Assembly (NCBI GenBank): GCA_963705505.1
Contig: CAVPJU010000006.1
Coordinates: forward strand, 640,001-704,000
Reading direction: 5' to 3'
From: an uncultured bacterium
GTDB taxonomy: Bacteria > Desulfobacterota_D > UBA1144 > Nemesobacterales > UBA2774
DNA length: 64,000 bases
The notes below the pieces were generated by a model. That model was not told where the DNA came from, made no database searches, and saw only the letters and a program-made list of their open reading frames with translations. A program made the position numbers and the translations under genes. Below are positions 18,374 to 28,557 of this stretch, in pieces. The stretch's first letter is position 1, and every line of letters begins with the position of its first letter.

Positions 18374-19195
18374 GTGCGTTTAACGGAAGAACAGATTTAC
18401 AGGTACAGCAGACATATACTGCTTCCCGAAGTGGGCGGAGCCGGACAGGAAAAGCTCCTTAAATCCAAAGTATTCTGCCTTGGTATAGGTGGGCTCGGCT
18501 CGCCTATAGCTCTTTACCTTGTCGCTGCGGGAGTGGGCACGATAGGGATTGCGGACTCCGACACTGTGGATATTTCAAACCTCCACAGGCAGGTGCTTCA
18601 TTACACCGAGGATATAGGCAAGCCTAAGACCGAATCAGCCGGGGAGAAACTCGAAAAATTAAACCCGGACGTTAATATCATCCTTCATAACGGACTGATT
18701 TCTAAAGACAACATACGCGGAATTATTAGGGATTACGATATAGTCGTTGACGGCTCGGATAATTTCCCGACGAGATACCTCGTAAACGACGCATGTTATT
18801 TCGAGAAGAAAACGCTCGTGTCGGGAGCGATATTCCAGTTCGAAGGGCAGGTGGCGGTGTTCAAACCTCAGGCGGGAGGGGCGTGCTACAGGTGTCTATA
18901 TCCCGAGCTGCCGCCCAAGGGGATGATCCCGAATTGTCAGGAAGCCGGCATACTGGGCGCGGCGGCGGGCGCGATAGGGACGATACAGGCTCTCGAGACG
19001 TTAAAGCAGATACTGGAGATCGGCGAGCCTCTTACGGACCGCCTTCTCGTATTCAATGCGCTTAATATGTCGTTCAACTCGGTCAACATCAAGAAGGACC
19101 CCGGGTGCCGTCTCTGCGGCGGGAACCCTTCGATACACGGTGTTGACGATATTTCACGGCCGAATTGTGATTTTGAAAGCTCCCCTATATCCTGA
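18374..19195 (+). CDS. MoeB/ThiF-family adenylyltransferase (E1-like), no rhodanese domain
   Basis: RYSRHILL, GIGGLGS, SNLHRQ, DGSDNF, CYRC, C-QEAGILG, CRLC. Confidence 0.93.
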   Translation: MRLTEEQIYRYSRHILLPEVGGAGQEKLLKSKVFCLGIGGLGSPIALYLVAAGVGTIGIADSDTVDISNLHRQVLHYTEDIGKPKTESAGEKLEKLNPDVNIILHNGLISKDNIRGIIRDYDIVVDGSDNFPTRYLVNDACYFEKKTLVSGAIFQFEGQVAVFKPQAGGACYRCLYPELPPKGMIPNCQEAGILGAAAGAIGTIQALETLKQILEIGEPLTDRLLVFNALNMSFNSVNIKKDPGCRLCGGNPSIHGVDDISRPNCDFESSPIS

Positions 19196-19207
19196 CGTCT
19201 TTTAAAC

Positions 19208-19236
19208 TTGACAACCCCCCCCACCTCCCACATACT
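19208..19236 (+). promoter_or_regulatory. Sigma70 promoter of the detached nuoN
   Basis: TTGACA-17 nt-CATACT. Confidence 0.6.
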
Positions 19237-19293
19237 AAACTCCCGAAACTCCACCTCATGTTTTAAACACACTTAAGTTCGGAGAATTCCTTA

Positions 19294-20757
19294 ATGGATT
19301 TCAGCGAAGTAGTTAAAAGCACTCTGCTAATCGGACCCGAAGTTTCTTTGATACTCGCAGGAATAATATTGATCGTGCTTGACCCCATAACGAAGGGGGA
19401 GGTGAAAAAGAACCTGTTCTGGGTCGCGCTTCTCGGGCTCGCGCTCGGTTTTATTTTAAACCTCAAGAGGTTCGGCGGAGACGCGGCCGCTTTTTCGGGG
19501 GCATTGTCTCTCGACCAGTTCGCTGCGTATTTCAACGTTATTTTCCTTTTGGGGGCTGCGATCGCAGTGGTTTTCTCAAAGGATTATCTGACGGGTGTCG
19601 TTCATTATACGAGCGAGTTTTACGCGCTCATCCTGTTTTCCACATCCGGGATGATGATACTGGCTTCCGCAAAGGAGTTCATGTCCCTCTTCCTGGGCTT
19701 TGAGATCATGTCCATTTCCGTTTACGTAATGTCGGCTCTTAACAGAAAATCGGCCCGCTCGACTGAGGCGGGCATAAAGTATCTCATTCTCGGAGGGTTT
19801 TCCTCGGCGATACTGCTTTACGGGATAGCGCTTCTCTACGGGGCTTCCGGTTCGATATACCTGACTGAAATATTTAAAAACTTCGACATAGCCAATCCGC
19901 TCTATGTCGCTGGCAGCGCGCTCGTTCTCGTAGGCTTCATATTCAAGATCGGCGCGTTTCCCCTCCATCAATGGGTGCCCGATGTGTACGAAGGAGCGCC
20001 GATGACGGCTACGGCTTTTATGTCCGTGGGGGTCAAGGCCGCGGCTTTCGCAATTCTGCTGAGGGTAATTTTCGAGGGATTCTACCAGCTCCAGGTGAGC
20101 ATAATGCCCGTCCTCTGGATAGTCGCGATATTTACGATGATCGTGGGCAACATCGCGGCGATTGCACAGAAAAACATAAAGCGCATGCTCGCATACTCGA
20201 GTATCGCTCATGCGGGATACGTCCTTGTGGGGGTGGTGGCCGCGTACGGCGGGAAGGAGCTCGGCGTGGGGAGCGTCATTTACTACCTTTTCGCGTATAC
20301 GTTCATGAACCTGGGGGCTTTCGGCGTGCTGTCATACCTCTCGAGGGACGGGCACGAGTGTGAGACCTTCGAGGACATAGCCGGTCTCTGGGGGAGGAGG
20401 CCTTTTCTCGCCCTCGCGTTAGGCGTATTTATGTTTTCACTTGCGGGCATACCGCCCACAATCGGCTTCTTCGCTAAATACCGGGTGTTTTTATCCGCCG
20501 TGCAGGCTGGGTTTTACTGGCTTGCCGTTATCGGCATACTGAGCAGCGTCGTCTCGGCGTATTACTATCTGAGGGTGTTGGTTTACGCATATATGAAGGA
20601 GGAGACGGTTGCGTTCCCTTCGTTCAAAATCGCTTCGTCCGTGGCGCTCGTCATCCTTTCCGTCGGGACTCTCGTGCTCGGGGTCTTTCCCTTCGACTCC
20701 TGGGACCTGGCTATCAAGGCCGCTGGCTCCGTCCTGCTGGCTGTCAGGGGCGGCTGA
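19294..20757 (+). CDS. nuoN: NADH-quinone oxidoreductase subunit N
   Basis: EAGIKY.ILG, FKIGAFPLHQWVPDVYEGAP, KRMLAYSSIAHAGY, SLAGIPPTIGF, YYYLR. Confidence 0.95.
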   Translation: MDFSEVVKSTLLIGPEVSLILAGIILIVLDPITKGEVKKNLFWVALLGLALGFILNLKRFGGDAAAFSGALSLDQFAAYFNVIFLLGAAIAVVFSKDYLTGVVHYTSEFYALILFSTSGMMILASAKEFMSLFLGFEIMSISVYVMSALNRKSARSTEAGIKYLILGGFSSAILLYGIALLYGASGSIYLTEIFKNFDIANPLYVAGSALVLVGFIFKIGAFPLHQWVPDVYEGAPMTATAFMSVGVKAAAFAILLRVIFEGFYQLQVSIMPVLWIVAIFTMIVGNIAAIAQKNIKRMLAYSSIAHAGYVLVGVVAAYGGKELGVGSVIYYLFAYTFMNLGAFGVLSYLSRDGHECETFEDIAGLWGRRPFLALALGVFMFSLAGIPPTIGFFAKYRVFLSAVQAGFYWLAVIGILSSVVSAYYYLRVLVYAYMKEETVAFPSFKIASSVALVILSVGTLVLGVFPFDSWDLAIKAAGSVLLAVRGG

Positions 20758-20939
20758 GCATCCCTAACGTGCCAGAATAATGAGATAATCTTCCAAATGT
20801 GCCCCTAACTCCCTGCCGTTTATTTGAGGCCGTACCCGGAGTTCGTTTCATATATTCTTATCCGCGGATAAGGACGACTTTGAAAATCAACGATTTTGCA
20901 TACTTATCCCGACTATTGTATAATTAGCTTTAAGATTAT

Positions 20940-23243
20940 ATGGCTAAAAGAAAAAGCAGTACTCGACAGGAATCCTCAGACTACATAGTCCGGGAGATTA
21001 TAGCCGCTTTTTTATTCACGGTCGGCCTATTCTCAGCCCTGAGCCTCATATTCTATAGCTCTAAGACGGGCCTCGATGTTAAAGGAGCCATGGGCGCAAT
21101 TGGGGTCTATATCTCGGGCGTACTCGGAAAAGCATTCGGCGTATGCGCTTTTGTCGTCCCCCTCGTTCTCTTTTATACCTCGGTCGTCGTTTTCATTAAT
21201 AAAGCCGGGGGGAATTTATATAGAAAGACCGCGTCCGCTCTCCTCCTCCTCGTTTCTGTAATGGTGTTTCTCGGACTCCTGTACCCGAATACCAAGCTCC
21301 TCGGTTTTAACCCCGGGGGAGGGTGGGTCGGGGATACGGCCGCTTCAATAATGAGGGACAGCGTAGCAGGCGACGTAGGCTCTTATCTGATTGTAACCAT
21401 ACTCCTTCTGGTCAGTTTAATAATAATATCGGGAGTTACTCTCTCTGACCTCTTGGGCGCGCTCGGAAGCGTCTCGATGTTTATCGCCGAGAAATCATAT
21501 GCGTTATCAAAGTATTTCATCATGTTGAGCGGCGGATTCCTTATCTCTCTGACGAAGTCCCTTTCCAAACCCGGGGCGCGTGTGAATTCCAGGCCCGCGC
21601 GGACTAAGGGGAACGGTATGATAAGGCTTAACGGGAAGAAGAAGGTTGAAGACGATATAGCCCTTTTCGACGACGATCTGCCGGAGTACGAGGACGAGGA
21701 AGAAGATGAAATTTCAGAGGACGATAAACCCGAAATAGTCGTGGAGCAGCCCAAATTGAAGGGGCTCGAGGATTTCTTTCCTAAAAAAGAAGTGATACAC
21801 AAGGACTATAAACTCCCCCCACACGATCTGCTCGACCCCAAGACGGAATCCGGAATCGAGATAGACAGGGACGCCGTTTACGAGAAGGCGAGGCTTATCG
21901 AAGAGAAGCTGAGAGATTTCGGGGTATCCGGCAAGGTTACGGAGATAAGGCCGGGCCCTGTAATAACGATGTTCGAATATAAGCCCGCTCCCGGCATCAA
22001 GATTAACAGAATAGCCGCTCTCGAAGGCGACCTCGCCATGGGGCTGAGCGCCTTCAGTATAAGGATAGTAGCCCCTATCCCGGGTAAAGACGTAATCGGG
22101 ATAGAGGTCCCGAATGCGAAGAGGGAGATGGTCGTCCTCAGGGAGCTACTCGAGGACGTGGAATTCTCGAAGAGAAAGTCCATGCTGACGCTCGCCCTCG
22201 GTAAGGACATATCGGGACTGCCCTTTTATATGGATCTGAGGAAGGCTCCTCACCTCATGATCGCGGGAACGACCGGTTCGGGTAAGAGCGTCCTCTTAAA
22301 TGCCGTGATTACGAGCATGCTCTATAAGGCGAGCCCGTATGAGCTGAAGTTCATAATGATCGACCCCAAGATGCTCGAGCTGTCGGTGTATGAGGACATA
22401 CCGCACCTCCTCCACCCTGTAGTGACGGAGCCGAAAAAAGCCGCCGCCGCGCTCAGGTGGGCTGTAGAGGAGATGGAGAAGAGGTACAGGATATTGTCTG
22501 ATGAGGGCGTGAGGGACATAGAGACCCACAATAGAAACGTCGAAAAACTGAGGACTGAAGACAAGTGGGACAAGCTCCTTCCCTACATAGTAATCGTGCT
22601 CGACGAGCTTGCAGACCTTATGATGATTGCGCCTAGCGAAATAAAGGAATCGATTACGAGGCTCTCTCAGAAGGCACGGGCCGCCGGGATTCACCTGATC
22701 GTCGCCACGCAGCGCCCCTCGGCTGATATCGTGGCGGGGCTGATAAAGGCGAACTTCCCGGCGAGGATATCATTCTTGGTATTATCAAAGATTGATTCGC
22801 GTATCATTCTGGATACGGGCGGGGCGGAGAGGCTCCTCGGAAAAGGGGATATGCTGTTCCTCGAGCCCGGGACTTCGAAGCTCCTGAGGATACAGGGGGC
22901 ATTGATTTCTGACGAGGAGAGGGAGGGGATCACGGAGTATGTCAAATCCCAGGGCAAGCCTGTTTACAACGAAGAGATCACGTACATAGAGGAGACGGAC
23001 GGCAGCGACGACCTCGAGAGCGAAAAGGACGAGCTCTATTATGAGGCGCTCCGGACAATAGCCGAAACGCGTCAGGCGTCGATATCCATGCTCCAGAGGA
23101 AGCTCAGAATAGGTTATAATAGAGCTGCCCGGATAGTGGAAATTATGGAGAAAGAGGGTGTGGTGGGTCCCCAGGAGGTGGCGGGGAAGCCGAGGGAAGT
23201 ATATATAGACTTAAGTCAGATCAGCGAGAGGCATACGAGTTGA
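20940..23243 (+). CDS. ftsK: DNA translocase FtsK
   Basis: 4TM N-terminus, PHLMIAGTTGSGKS, DELADLM, ATQRPS, gamma domain LQRKLRIGYNRAAR. Confidence 0.97.
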   Translation: MAKRKSSTRQESSDYIVREIIAAFLFTVGLFSALSLIFYSSKTGLDVKGAMGAIGVYISGVLGKAFGVCAFVVPLVLFYTSVVVFINKAGGNLYRKTASALLLLVSVMVFLGLLYPNTKLLGFNPGGGWVGDTAASIMRDSVAGDVGSYLIVTILLLVSLIIISGVTLSDLLGALGSVSMFIAEKSYALSKYFIMLSGGFLISLTKSLSKPGARVNSRPARTKGNGMIRLNGKKKVEDDIALFDDDLPEYEDEEEDEISEDDKPEIVVEQPKLKGLEDFFPKKEVIHKDYKLPPHDLLDPKTESGIEIDRDAVYEKARLIEEKLRDFGVSGKVTEIRPGPVITMFEYKPAPGIKINRIAALEGDLAMGLSAFSIRIVAPIPGKDVIGIEVPNAKREMVVLRELLEDVEFSKRKSMLTLALGKDISGLPFYMDLRKAPHLMIAGTTGSGKSVLLNAVITSMLYKASPYELKFIMIDPKMLELSVYEDIPHLLHPVVTEPKKAAAALRWAVEEMEKRYRILSDEGVRDIETHNRNVEKLRTEDKWDKLLPYIVIVLDELADLMMIAPSEIKESITRLSQKARAAGIHLIVATQRPSADIVAGLIKANFPARISFLVLSKIDSRIILDTGGAERLLGKGDMLFLEPGTSKLLRIQGALISDEEREGITEYVKSQGKPVYNEEITYIEETDGSDDLESEKDELYYEALRTIAETRQASISMLQRKLRIGYNRAARIVEIMEKEGVVGPQEVAGKPREVYIDLSQISERHTS

Positions 23244-23917
23244 AAAAGTTCATTATTGTCGTTTTGGGGTTATTATTATCGTCGACGGCGGCGTTTTCCG
23301 CGAAGGACGAAGCACTTGACGTCGTAGTCGACAAGATACAGAAGAAGTACGAAGAGATCGAGGATTTTCATGCTGACTTTACTCAGGAGGCGATGGTCAA
23401 AGCCTTGAACAAGGTGCAGAAAGCGGACGGCGAAGTGTGGTTCAAGAAGCCCGGGAAGATGAGATGGAATTACTATGAGCCTTTTAAAGACGAGATAGTG
23501 TCGGACGGGCGGACACTATGGTTTTACAACGCGCAGGAAAAGCAGGTTATAGAATCCCCGCTGGATCAGGTGTCTGAGACGGAGACTACTTCCACTCTGC
23601 TTTCGGGGCTCGGGAAAATCAAGGAGCTATTCAAAGCGAGTTTCTCCGGATCGAAGGAGTTTGAAGCCGACGGGAACTACCTTATCGACCTCAAGCCGAA
23701 GGATGAGGGGGAAGACTACAATAAAGTGACCATTTCCGTCGACAAAGGTACGATGATGGTCAACACGCTTTACCTCTACGACCCCTTCGGGAATTTGACC
23801 AAGGTTATGCTTAAAAATATAGGGATTGATAAAGGGGTTTCGGATTCTTTATTTGATTTCAATGTGCCGAGCGGTGTCGAGGTAATAAAACCTCCGACAT
23901 CAGCAGCCGGGCAGTAA
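23240..23917 (+). CDS. lolA: Outer-membrane lipoprotein chaperone LolA
   Basis: Signal peptide, ADFTQ, FKKPGKMRWNY, IVSDG, F.F.VP.GV; conserved position after ftsK. Confidence 0.9.
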   Translation: MKKFIIVVLGLLLSSTAAFSAKDEALDVVVDKIQKKYEEIEDFHADFTQEAMVKALNKVQKADGEVWFKKPGKMRWNYYEPFKDEIVSDGRTLWFYNAQEKQVIESPLDQVSETETTSTLLSGLGKIKELFKASFSGSKEFEADGNYLIDLKPKDEGEDYNKVTISVDKGTMMVNTLYLYDPFGNLTKVMLKNIGIDKGVSDSLFDFNVPSGVEVIKPPTSAAGQ

Positions 23918-23941
23918 GAAGTCGGAATGGAGGATTTCCCG

Positions 23942-24274
23942 ATGAAACGATTACTTCTGAATTCATTCTTTGTTATGACAATTGCGGTTTCAGTCGCCTC
24001 AGTTGCATATGCCCAGGATCAGGGGTTCAGCCCTTCCGAGGACCAGCAGAATTTCATCGTGTCCGTCAAAGCTCTTCCGGATATTATTCAGGCGACCTGG
24101 CAGTCGCCATTAGACCTCTGGGTTTACGCAGACGGTGTGAATCAGGGGAACGCCGAAGCTATAGCGGAAAAGGTGATACTTCTCGCGCAGACTGAACTCG
24201 GGCAGAGCCTCTGCGTTCACGTACACAACGGCGACTTCAATCCGCTTGCCACCAAATGCTGGTCGTCTCTCTAA
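23942..24274 (+). CDS. Hypothetical secreted protein
   Basis: SD GGAGG, signal peptide ending AYA, C-terminal Cys pair. Confidence 0.65.
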   Translation: MKRLLLNSFFVMTIAVSVASVAYAQDQGFSPSEDQQNFIVSVKALPDIIQATWQSPLDLWVYADGVNQGNAEAIAEKVILLAQTELGQSLCVHVHNGDFNPLATKCWSSL

Positions 24275-24408
24275 ATTTCAATCTCAGTTAAATACCGAAA
24301 AGAACTATCCGCGGTTAAACAGGTCGAAAGCGGGGGGTGAAGAGCCCCATACATGATTGGCGTCCTGGCGGGTATATATAGGGTTTATGCTGCTATTGTA
24401 ATCGGGCT

Positions 24409-25638
24409 CTATCTGTCTATCTCGCCGAGTACGATGTCGAGGCTTCCTATTGCGGCGATTACGTCTGCGAGGAGTCTTCCCTTGACCATATTGGGGAGGG
24501 CCATCATGTTGACGAATGACGGTCCCCTCACGCGCATCCTGTAGGGTTTTCCGGAGCCGTCGCTCACGAGGTAATACGAAAGCTCACCCTTCGGGTTTTC
24601 CACCGCGTGCTGAATCTCTCCCACAGGCGGTTTGAACCCCTCATAGACAAGGACGAAGTGTCTGATCAGGGATTCCATTCTGGTGTATGTGAGCTGTTTT
24701 TCCGGCAGCACCACGTCCGGGAGGTCCGCTGCGTAAGGACCGTCGGGAAGGTTGTTTATCCCCTGCTCTATAATCCTCAAGCTCTGGCGCATCTCTTCCA
24801 TTCTGCAGAGGAATCGCGAGTACGCGTCTCCCTCCGTCGCGACGGGGACTTCGAAGTCGTAATTCTCGTATCCGAGGTATGGCATCGCCTTTCTTATGTC
24901 ATACGGAACTCCGCTTCCTCTGAGGGCAGGGCCCGTGAGACCCAGGTCGATGGCGTCCTCAGCGCTTATGAACGCGACCCCCTTTGTCCTCTCGATCCAT
25001 ATGCGGTTTCTCGTGAGTAGCTTGTCGACTTCAGTGAGCGTGCTCGGAAATATCTTGAGGAAATTCCTGACCTTTTCCTCGAAATCGTCAGGCAGGTCGA
25101 GAGGGAGCCCTCCCACCCTCGGATAGGAAGTGGTGAGCCTCGCTCCGCATACGGTCTCGAGAATATCGTAGATCCTCTCCCTTTCTTTAAAGCAGTAGAG
25201 GAAAGCGCTCATCGCGCCAAGGTCGAGCGCGTTAGTTCCGATTCCGACGAGGTGCGATTCTATCCTGCCGAGCTCGAATAGTATTACCTCAGCAGTCTTT
25301 GCCCTTTCCGGTATCGCGTCCTGTATGCCGAGCAGTTTTTCGACGGCAAGAATAAAACCTATGTTGTTGCATATCGATGCCAGGTAATCCATCCTGTCCG
25401 TATAGGGCAGGCACTGCTGATACGTGATGTTCTCGCATAATTTCTCGATGCCGCGGTGAAGATAGCCGATGTAGGGGACGGCTTTAACGACGGTCTCGCC
25501 GTCGAGATAAAGGACTACTCGCAGGACCCCGTGAGTGGACGGGTGCTGCGGCCCCATGTTCAGCATCATGGTCTCGGTCCTGATTCCCGTATCGGCGTTA
25601 AAGTCCGATTCCCGGCTTATGAACTCCACTCTTTCCAT
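24409..25638 (-). CDS. nuoD: NADH-quinone oxidoreductase subunit D
   Basis: LNMGPQHPSTHGVLR, GYLHRGIEK, ENPKGE, DIVLGEIDR; start set at the ATG overlapping the nuoC stop. Confidence 0.96.
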   Translation of the reverse strand: MERVEFISRESDFNADTGIRTETMMLNMGPQHPSTHGVLRVVLYLDGETVVKAVPYIGYLHRGIEKLCENITYQQCLPYTDRMDYLASICNNIGFILAVEKLLGIQDAIPERAKTAEVILFELGRIESHLVGIGTNALDLGAMSAFLYCFKERERIYDILETVCGARLTTSYPRVGGLPLDLPDDFEEKVRNFLKIFPSTLTEVDKLLTRNRIWIERTKGVAFISAEDAIDLGLTGPALRGSGVPYDIRKAMPYLGYENYDFEVPVATEGDAYSRFLCRMEEMRQSLRIIEQGINNLPDGPYAADLPDVVLPEKQLTYTRMESLIRHFVLVYEGFKPPVGEIQHAVENPKGELSYYLVSDGSGKPYRMRVRGPSFVNMMALPNMVKGRLLADVIAAIGSLDIVLGEIDR

Positions 25639-26159
25639 TACTCTGTTCCTTCTCTGAGAGCCCTTTCGAATGAGCGTTTTGAAGGCTCGCGGTCTCTGAC
25701 GTCGAAGTCCTTCCTCAGAGGGAAGGGTTCGTAGTCCTCCGGCATGAGTATCCTTCTCAGGTCGGGGTGTCCCGTGAATACGATTCCGAACATATCGTAG
25801 ACCTCCCTTTCGAGCCAATCAGCGCCGCTCCAGATATGCGTTACGGAATCTATCTTCAGATTGTTTTCGTGGACTTCGGCTTTTAGTCTTAATCTGATAT
25901 TTTCATCGATCTCGGGGCCAAACCTGTGGACGTGATATACGACTTCGTAGCGGGGTGTCTTCACTTCGAGATAATCTACCGCCGTAAGATCTGCTAAAAA
26001 CGTAAAGCCGAACGTGCCTTTAAGGCGGCTGCAGACGTCTGAAATTTTATCTTTGTCTATGAGGAGAGTGGTTTCTCCCCTGAAGTCGAATCTGGTTTTG
26101 ATAGTCCCGGGGAGCTCGGAATCCACGGCTTCTATAATGGAGTTGATATCGAAACTCAT
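25638..26159 (-). CDS. nuoC: NADH-quinone oxidoreductase subunit C
   Basis: [39 protein letters not shown]; start MSFD overlaps the nuoB stop. Confidence 0.95.
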   Translation of the reverse strand: MSFDINSIIEAVDSELPGTIKTRFDFRGETTLLIDKDKISDVCSRLKGTFGFTFLADLTAVDYLEVKTPRYEVVYHVHRFGPEIDENIRLRLKAEVHENNLKIDSVTHIWSGADWLEREVYDMFGIVFTGHPDLRRILMPEDYEPFPLRKDFDVRDREPSKRSFERALREGTE

Positions 26160-26641
26160 ACTACGGGAGCACCTTCCATATCTATCTTCTTTTGTATCTT
26201 CATGACCGCGTCGATTATCGCTTCGGGCCTCGGCGGGCATCCTCCGATGTACACATCTACAGGGAGGAATTCGTCGATTCCCTGAACGACCGCATAACTA
26301 TCGAAGGGCCCGCCGCCGCAGGTACAGGAGCCCATAGCGATTACCCATTTGGGCTCGGGCATCTGGTCATATATCATCCTGCAGACGGAAGCCATTTTAT
26401 AGGTTATGGTGCCCGATACTATCATCAGGTCCGCCTGTCTCGGCGAGAAACGCGCGACCTCTGCGCCAAACCTCGAAAGGTCGAACCTCGAAGCGAATAC
26501 TCCCATCATTTCTATAGCGCAGCACGCCGTGCCGAAGGGCATGGGCCAGAGACTGTTTTTCCTGCCCCAATTTGCGAACGCCTCTATCGTGGTTGTAATA
26601 AAGCCGTCGCCGCCCAGGAGGGAATTCGAATTTACTCCCAT
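26156..26641 (-). CDS. nuoB: NADH-quinone oxidoreductase subunit B
   Basis: [25 protein letters not shown]. Confidence 0.96.
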   Translation of the reverse strand: MGVNSNSLLGGDGFITTTIEAFANWGRKNSLWPMPFGTACCAIEMMGVFASRFDLSRFGAEVARFSPRQADLMIVSGTITYKMASVCRMIYDQMPEPKWVIAMGSCTCGGGPFDSYAVVQGIDEFLPVDVYIGGCPPRPEAIIDAVMKIQKKIDMEGAPVV

Positions 26642-26988
26642 TCGAGAGCTCCTTTTTTAACAATATAGAAATAACCGCCTAATATCACTATCAGAAACAC
26701 AATGATTTCGATGAGCGCGGGAAGCCCCAGTTCTTTAAAAACGACGGCCCAGGCGAAGAGGAATACCGCTTCCACGTCGAAAAGTATGAACAGTGCGCCT
26801 ATGAGATAGTACTTTATCGAAAACTTGCCCCTGGTGTCTCCCGTAGGCGGTATCCCCGACTCATAAGGGGATAATTTCCTTTTGGAATCGCGCCTGGGGC
26901 CGACCACCGCGGAGAGCCCGAGCATTGCGGCTGCCAGGATAATTGCCAGGACCATTATCAGGAGAATGGGGATGTAATCGCCGAGCAC
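26632..26988 (-). CDS. nuoA: NADH-quinone oxidoreductase subunit A
   Basis: [19 protein letters not shown]; 3 TM. Confidence 0.95.
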   Translation of the reverse strand: MLGDYIPILLIMVLAIILAAAMLGLSAVVGPRRDSKRKLSPYESGIPPTGDTRGKFSIKYYLIGALFILFDVEAVFLFAWAVVFKELGLPALIEIIVFLIVILGGYFYIVKKGALEWE

Positions 26989-27126
26989 AGGATTAGATTA
27001 TGTCGTACAGGGGAATTGTCAAGAATTTGTTGCAGGAGTTGCGGTTAAATCCGGCGAGGTCTAATAACGGGATGATTATGCGGCTCAATGTGTTAGAATT
27101 ATTTCCACATTTAACGGAGGTCGGCA

Positions 27127-27945
27127 ATGTTAAAAATACTGACTGTATTAGTAGTTACACTCTTCTTTACGATTAACTCCCATGCCGGTGTCCTGTTCGA
27201 GATGGAGCAGAAGGAGATGAATCCCGAATCGGCCGGTCAGATCAAGGGCAAGGTGAAAGACAATAACCTGAGAATGGACTTTTATGGAAACGGGAAAAAG
27301 CTCGAAGGCTCTATGATATACCGGGGCGATATGAAAGAAATAATTATGATCAACCACGACGACAAGACGTATCTCGTCCTGGACCAGGCGGCAATGAACG
27401 CATTAGCCAAGCAGCTCGAGCAGGCTATGAGTCAGATGGAGGAGGCTATGAAGAATATGCCGCCCGACCAGAGGGAAAAGATGAAAGAAATGATGAAGCA
27501 GAAGATGCCGGGCGCGGACGGCGGCCAGTATGTCGAGCCCGTGTTAAAGAAAGCGGGCGCGGGGAACGTGAACGGCGTTTCGTGTACGAAATATGACGTT
27601 TTCAAAGGGGATGAAAAGATCAGGCAGCACTGTGTCGCAGACTGGAACAGCATACAGGGCGGGGAAGAAATGATGACCGTCATGCTCCAGATGGCGGACT
27701 TTATGGACCAGATGGCGAAATCCTTTTCAAAAGGCGGGAGCTTCGTCGGCGAACAGGTACAGTTCGAAAGAAACGTTTTCAATCAGTTAAGACAGCTGAA
27801 CGGGTTTCCGATCGAGACCATAGAATATGACGAAGGAAAGGTTGAGGCCGAATCCACTTTTAAATCCTCGGAGAGGGGTAATATCGACGCTGCCGATATG
27901 GAGCCGCCCGCGGGGTATACACAGCAGAATACACCCGTAAAGTGA
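27127..27945 (+). CDS. Secreted protein, DUF4412-like
   Basis: Signal peptide, Met/Gln-rich helix MPPDQREKM, VNGVSCTKY, C-terminal PPAGY. Confidence 0.7.
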   Translation: MLKILTVLVVTLFFTINSHAGVLFEMEQKEMNPESAGQIKGKVKDNNLRMDFYGNGKKLEGSMIYRGDMKEIIMINHDDKTYLVLDQAAMNALAKQLEQAMSQMEEAMKNMPPDQREKMKEMMKQKMPGADGGQYVEPVLKKAGAGNVNGVSCTKYDVFKGDEKIRQHCVADWNSIQGGEEMMTVMLQMADFMDQMAKSFSKGGSFVGEQVQFERNVFNQLRQLNGFPIETIEYDEGKVEAESTFKSSERGNIDAADMEPPAGYTQQNTPVK

Positions 27946-27993
27946 TCCGGTCGGATATGCTCACCGGGTTAAATTCATGAGGAGACGCAATTA

Positions 27994-28389
27994 ATGAAAA
28001 TTGTAAATAAACTGAAATTACGGAATGTGCTTACCCTCAAGATTGCCGGGTACATCGCGGTCGTAATGTTGACGGGTTTCATCTTATTGCCCGCGGAATA
28101 TGCCCATTCAGAAAAGACCGTTTGCGATTTTCAGAACAGGGATTGTTATACGGAAGCGGGTTATCCGGCCTGCTACAATAAGGTGGACATACAGAAATAC
28201 TATCAGTTCTCGGAGAGCGGGCAGACCGGGCTTGCGGAGCAGCTCATATCGGATGATACGCGCTGTGTAAAGCTAAACGGAAACGAAAAAGCAACGATGA
28301 TGGATAAAAGCTCGGGCTTCGTGAAGTTCGTGCTCAGGGGCAGCAGCAAGACGCTCTGGGCCAAGAGAGATGCCCTTTACGCGAATTGA
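27994..28389 (+). CDS. Hypothetical secreted Cys-containing protein
   Basis: SD GAGGAG, signal peptide, four Cys in the mature part. Confidence 0.65.
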   Translation: MKIVNKLKLRNVLTLKIAGYIAVVMLTGFILLPAEYAHSEKTVCDFQNRDCYTEAGYPACYNKVDIQKYYQFSESGQTGLAEQLISDDTRCVKLNGNEKATMMDKSSGFVKFVLRGSSKTLWAKRDALYAN

Positions 28390-28557
28390 GGTATCGGTTT
28401 AAACTTTATCGCACACTCATACAGCCGGGTTATTAAGAAGCCAGACATATTAAAAACATATGATTAAAAAGCGGGTATCGGGTTATTCGTCTATTTTTGC
28501 TATTGTGAATTATAGATGTGTATCCACATGTTCGGGAGTTATCCGGAGGTCAGTGCA

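Noticed and set aside
20746..20757. NuoN ends in VRGG, like a ubiquitin-type sulfur carrier, right after the moeB-like gene
   Set aside because: NuoN is a polytopic membrane subunit with no beta-grasp domain and its own promoter; most likely coincidence
25639..26240. N-terminal extensions of nuoD and nuoC in the ORF track
   Set aside because: They overlap the upstream nuo genes; coupled ATG starts at 25638 and 26159 give normal lengths
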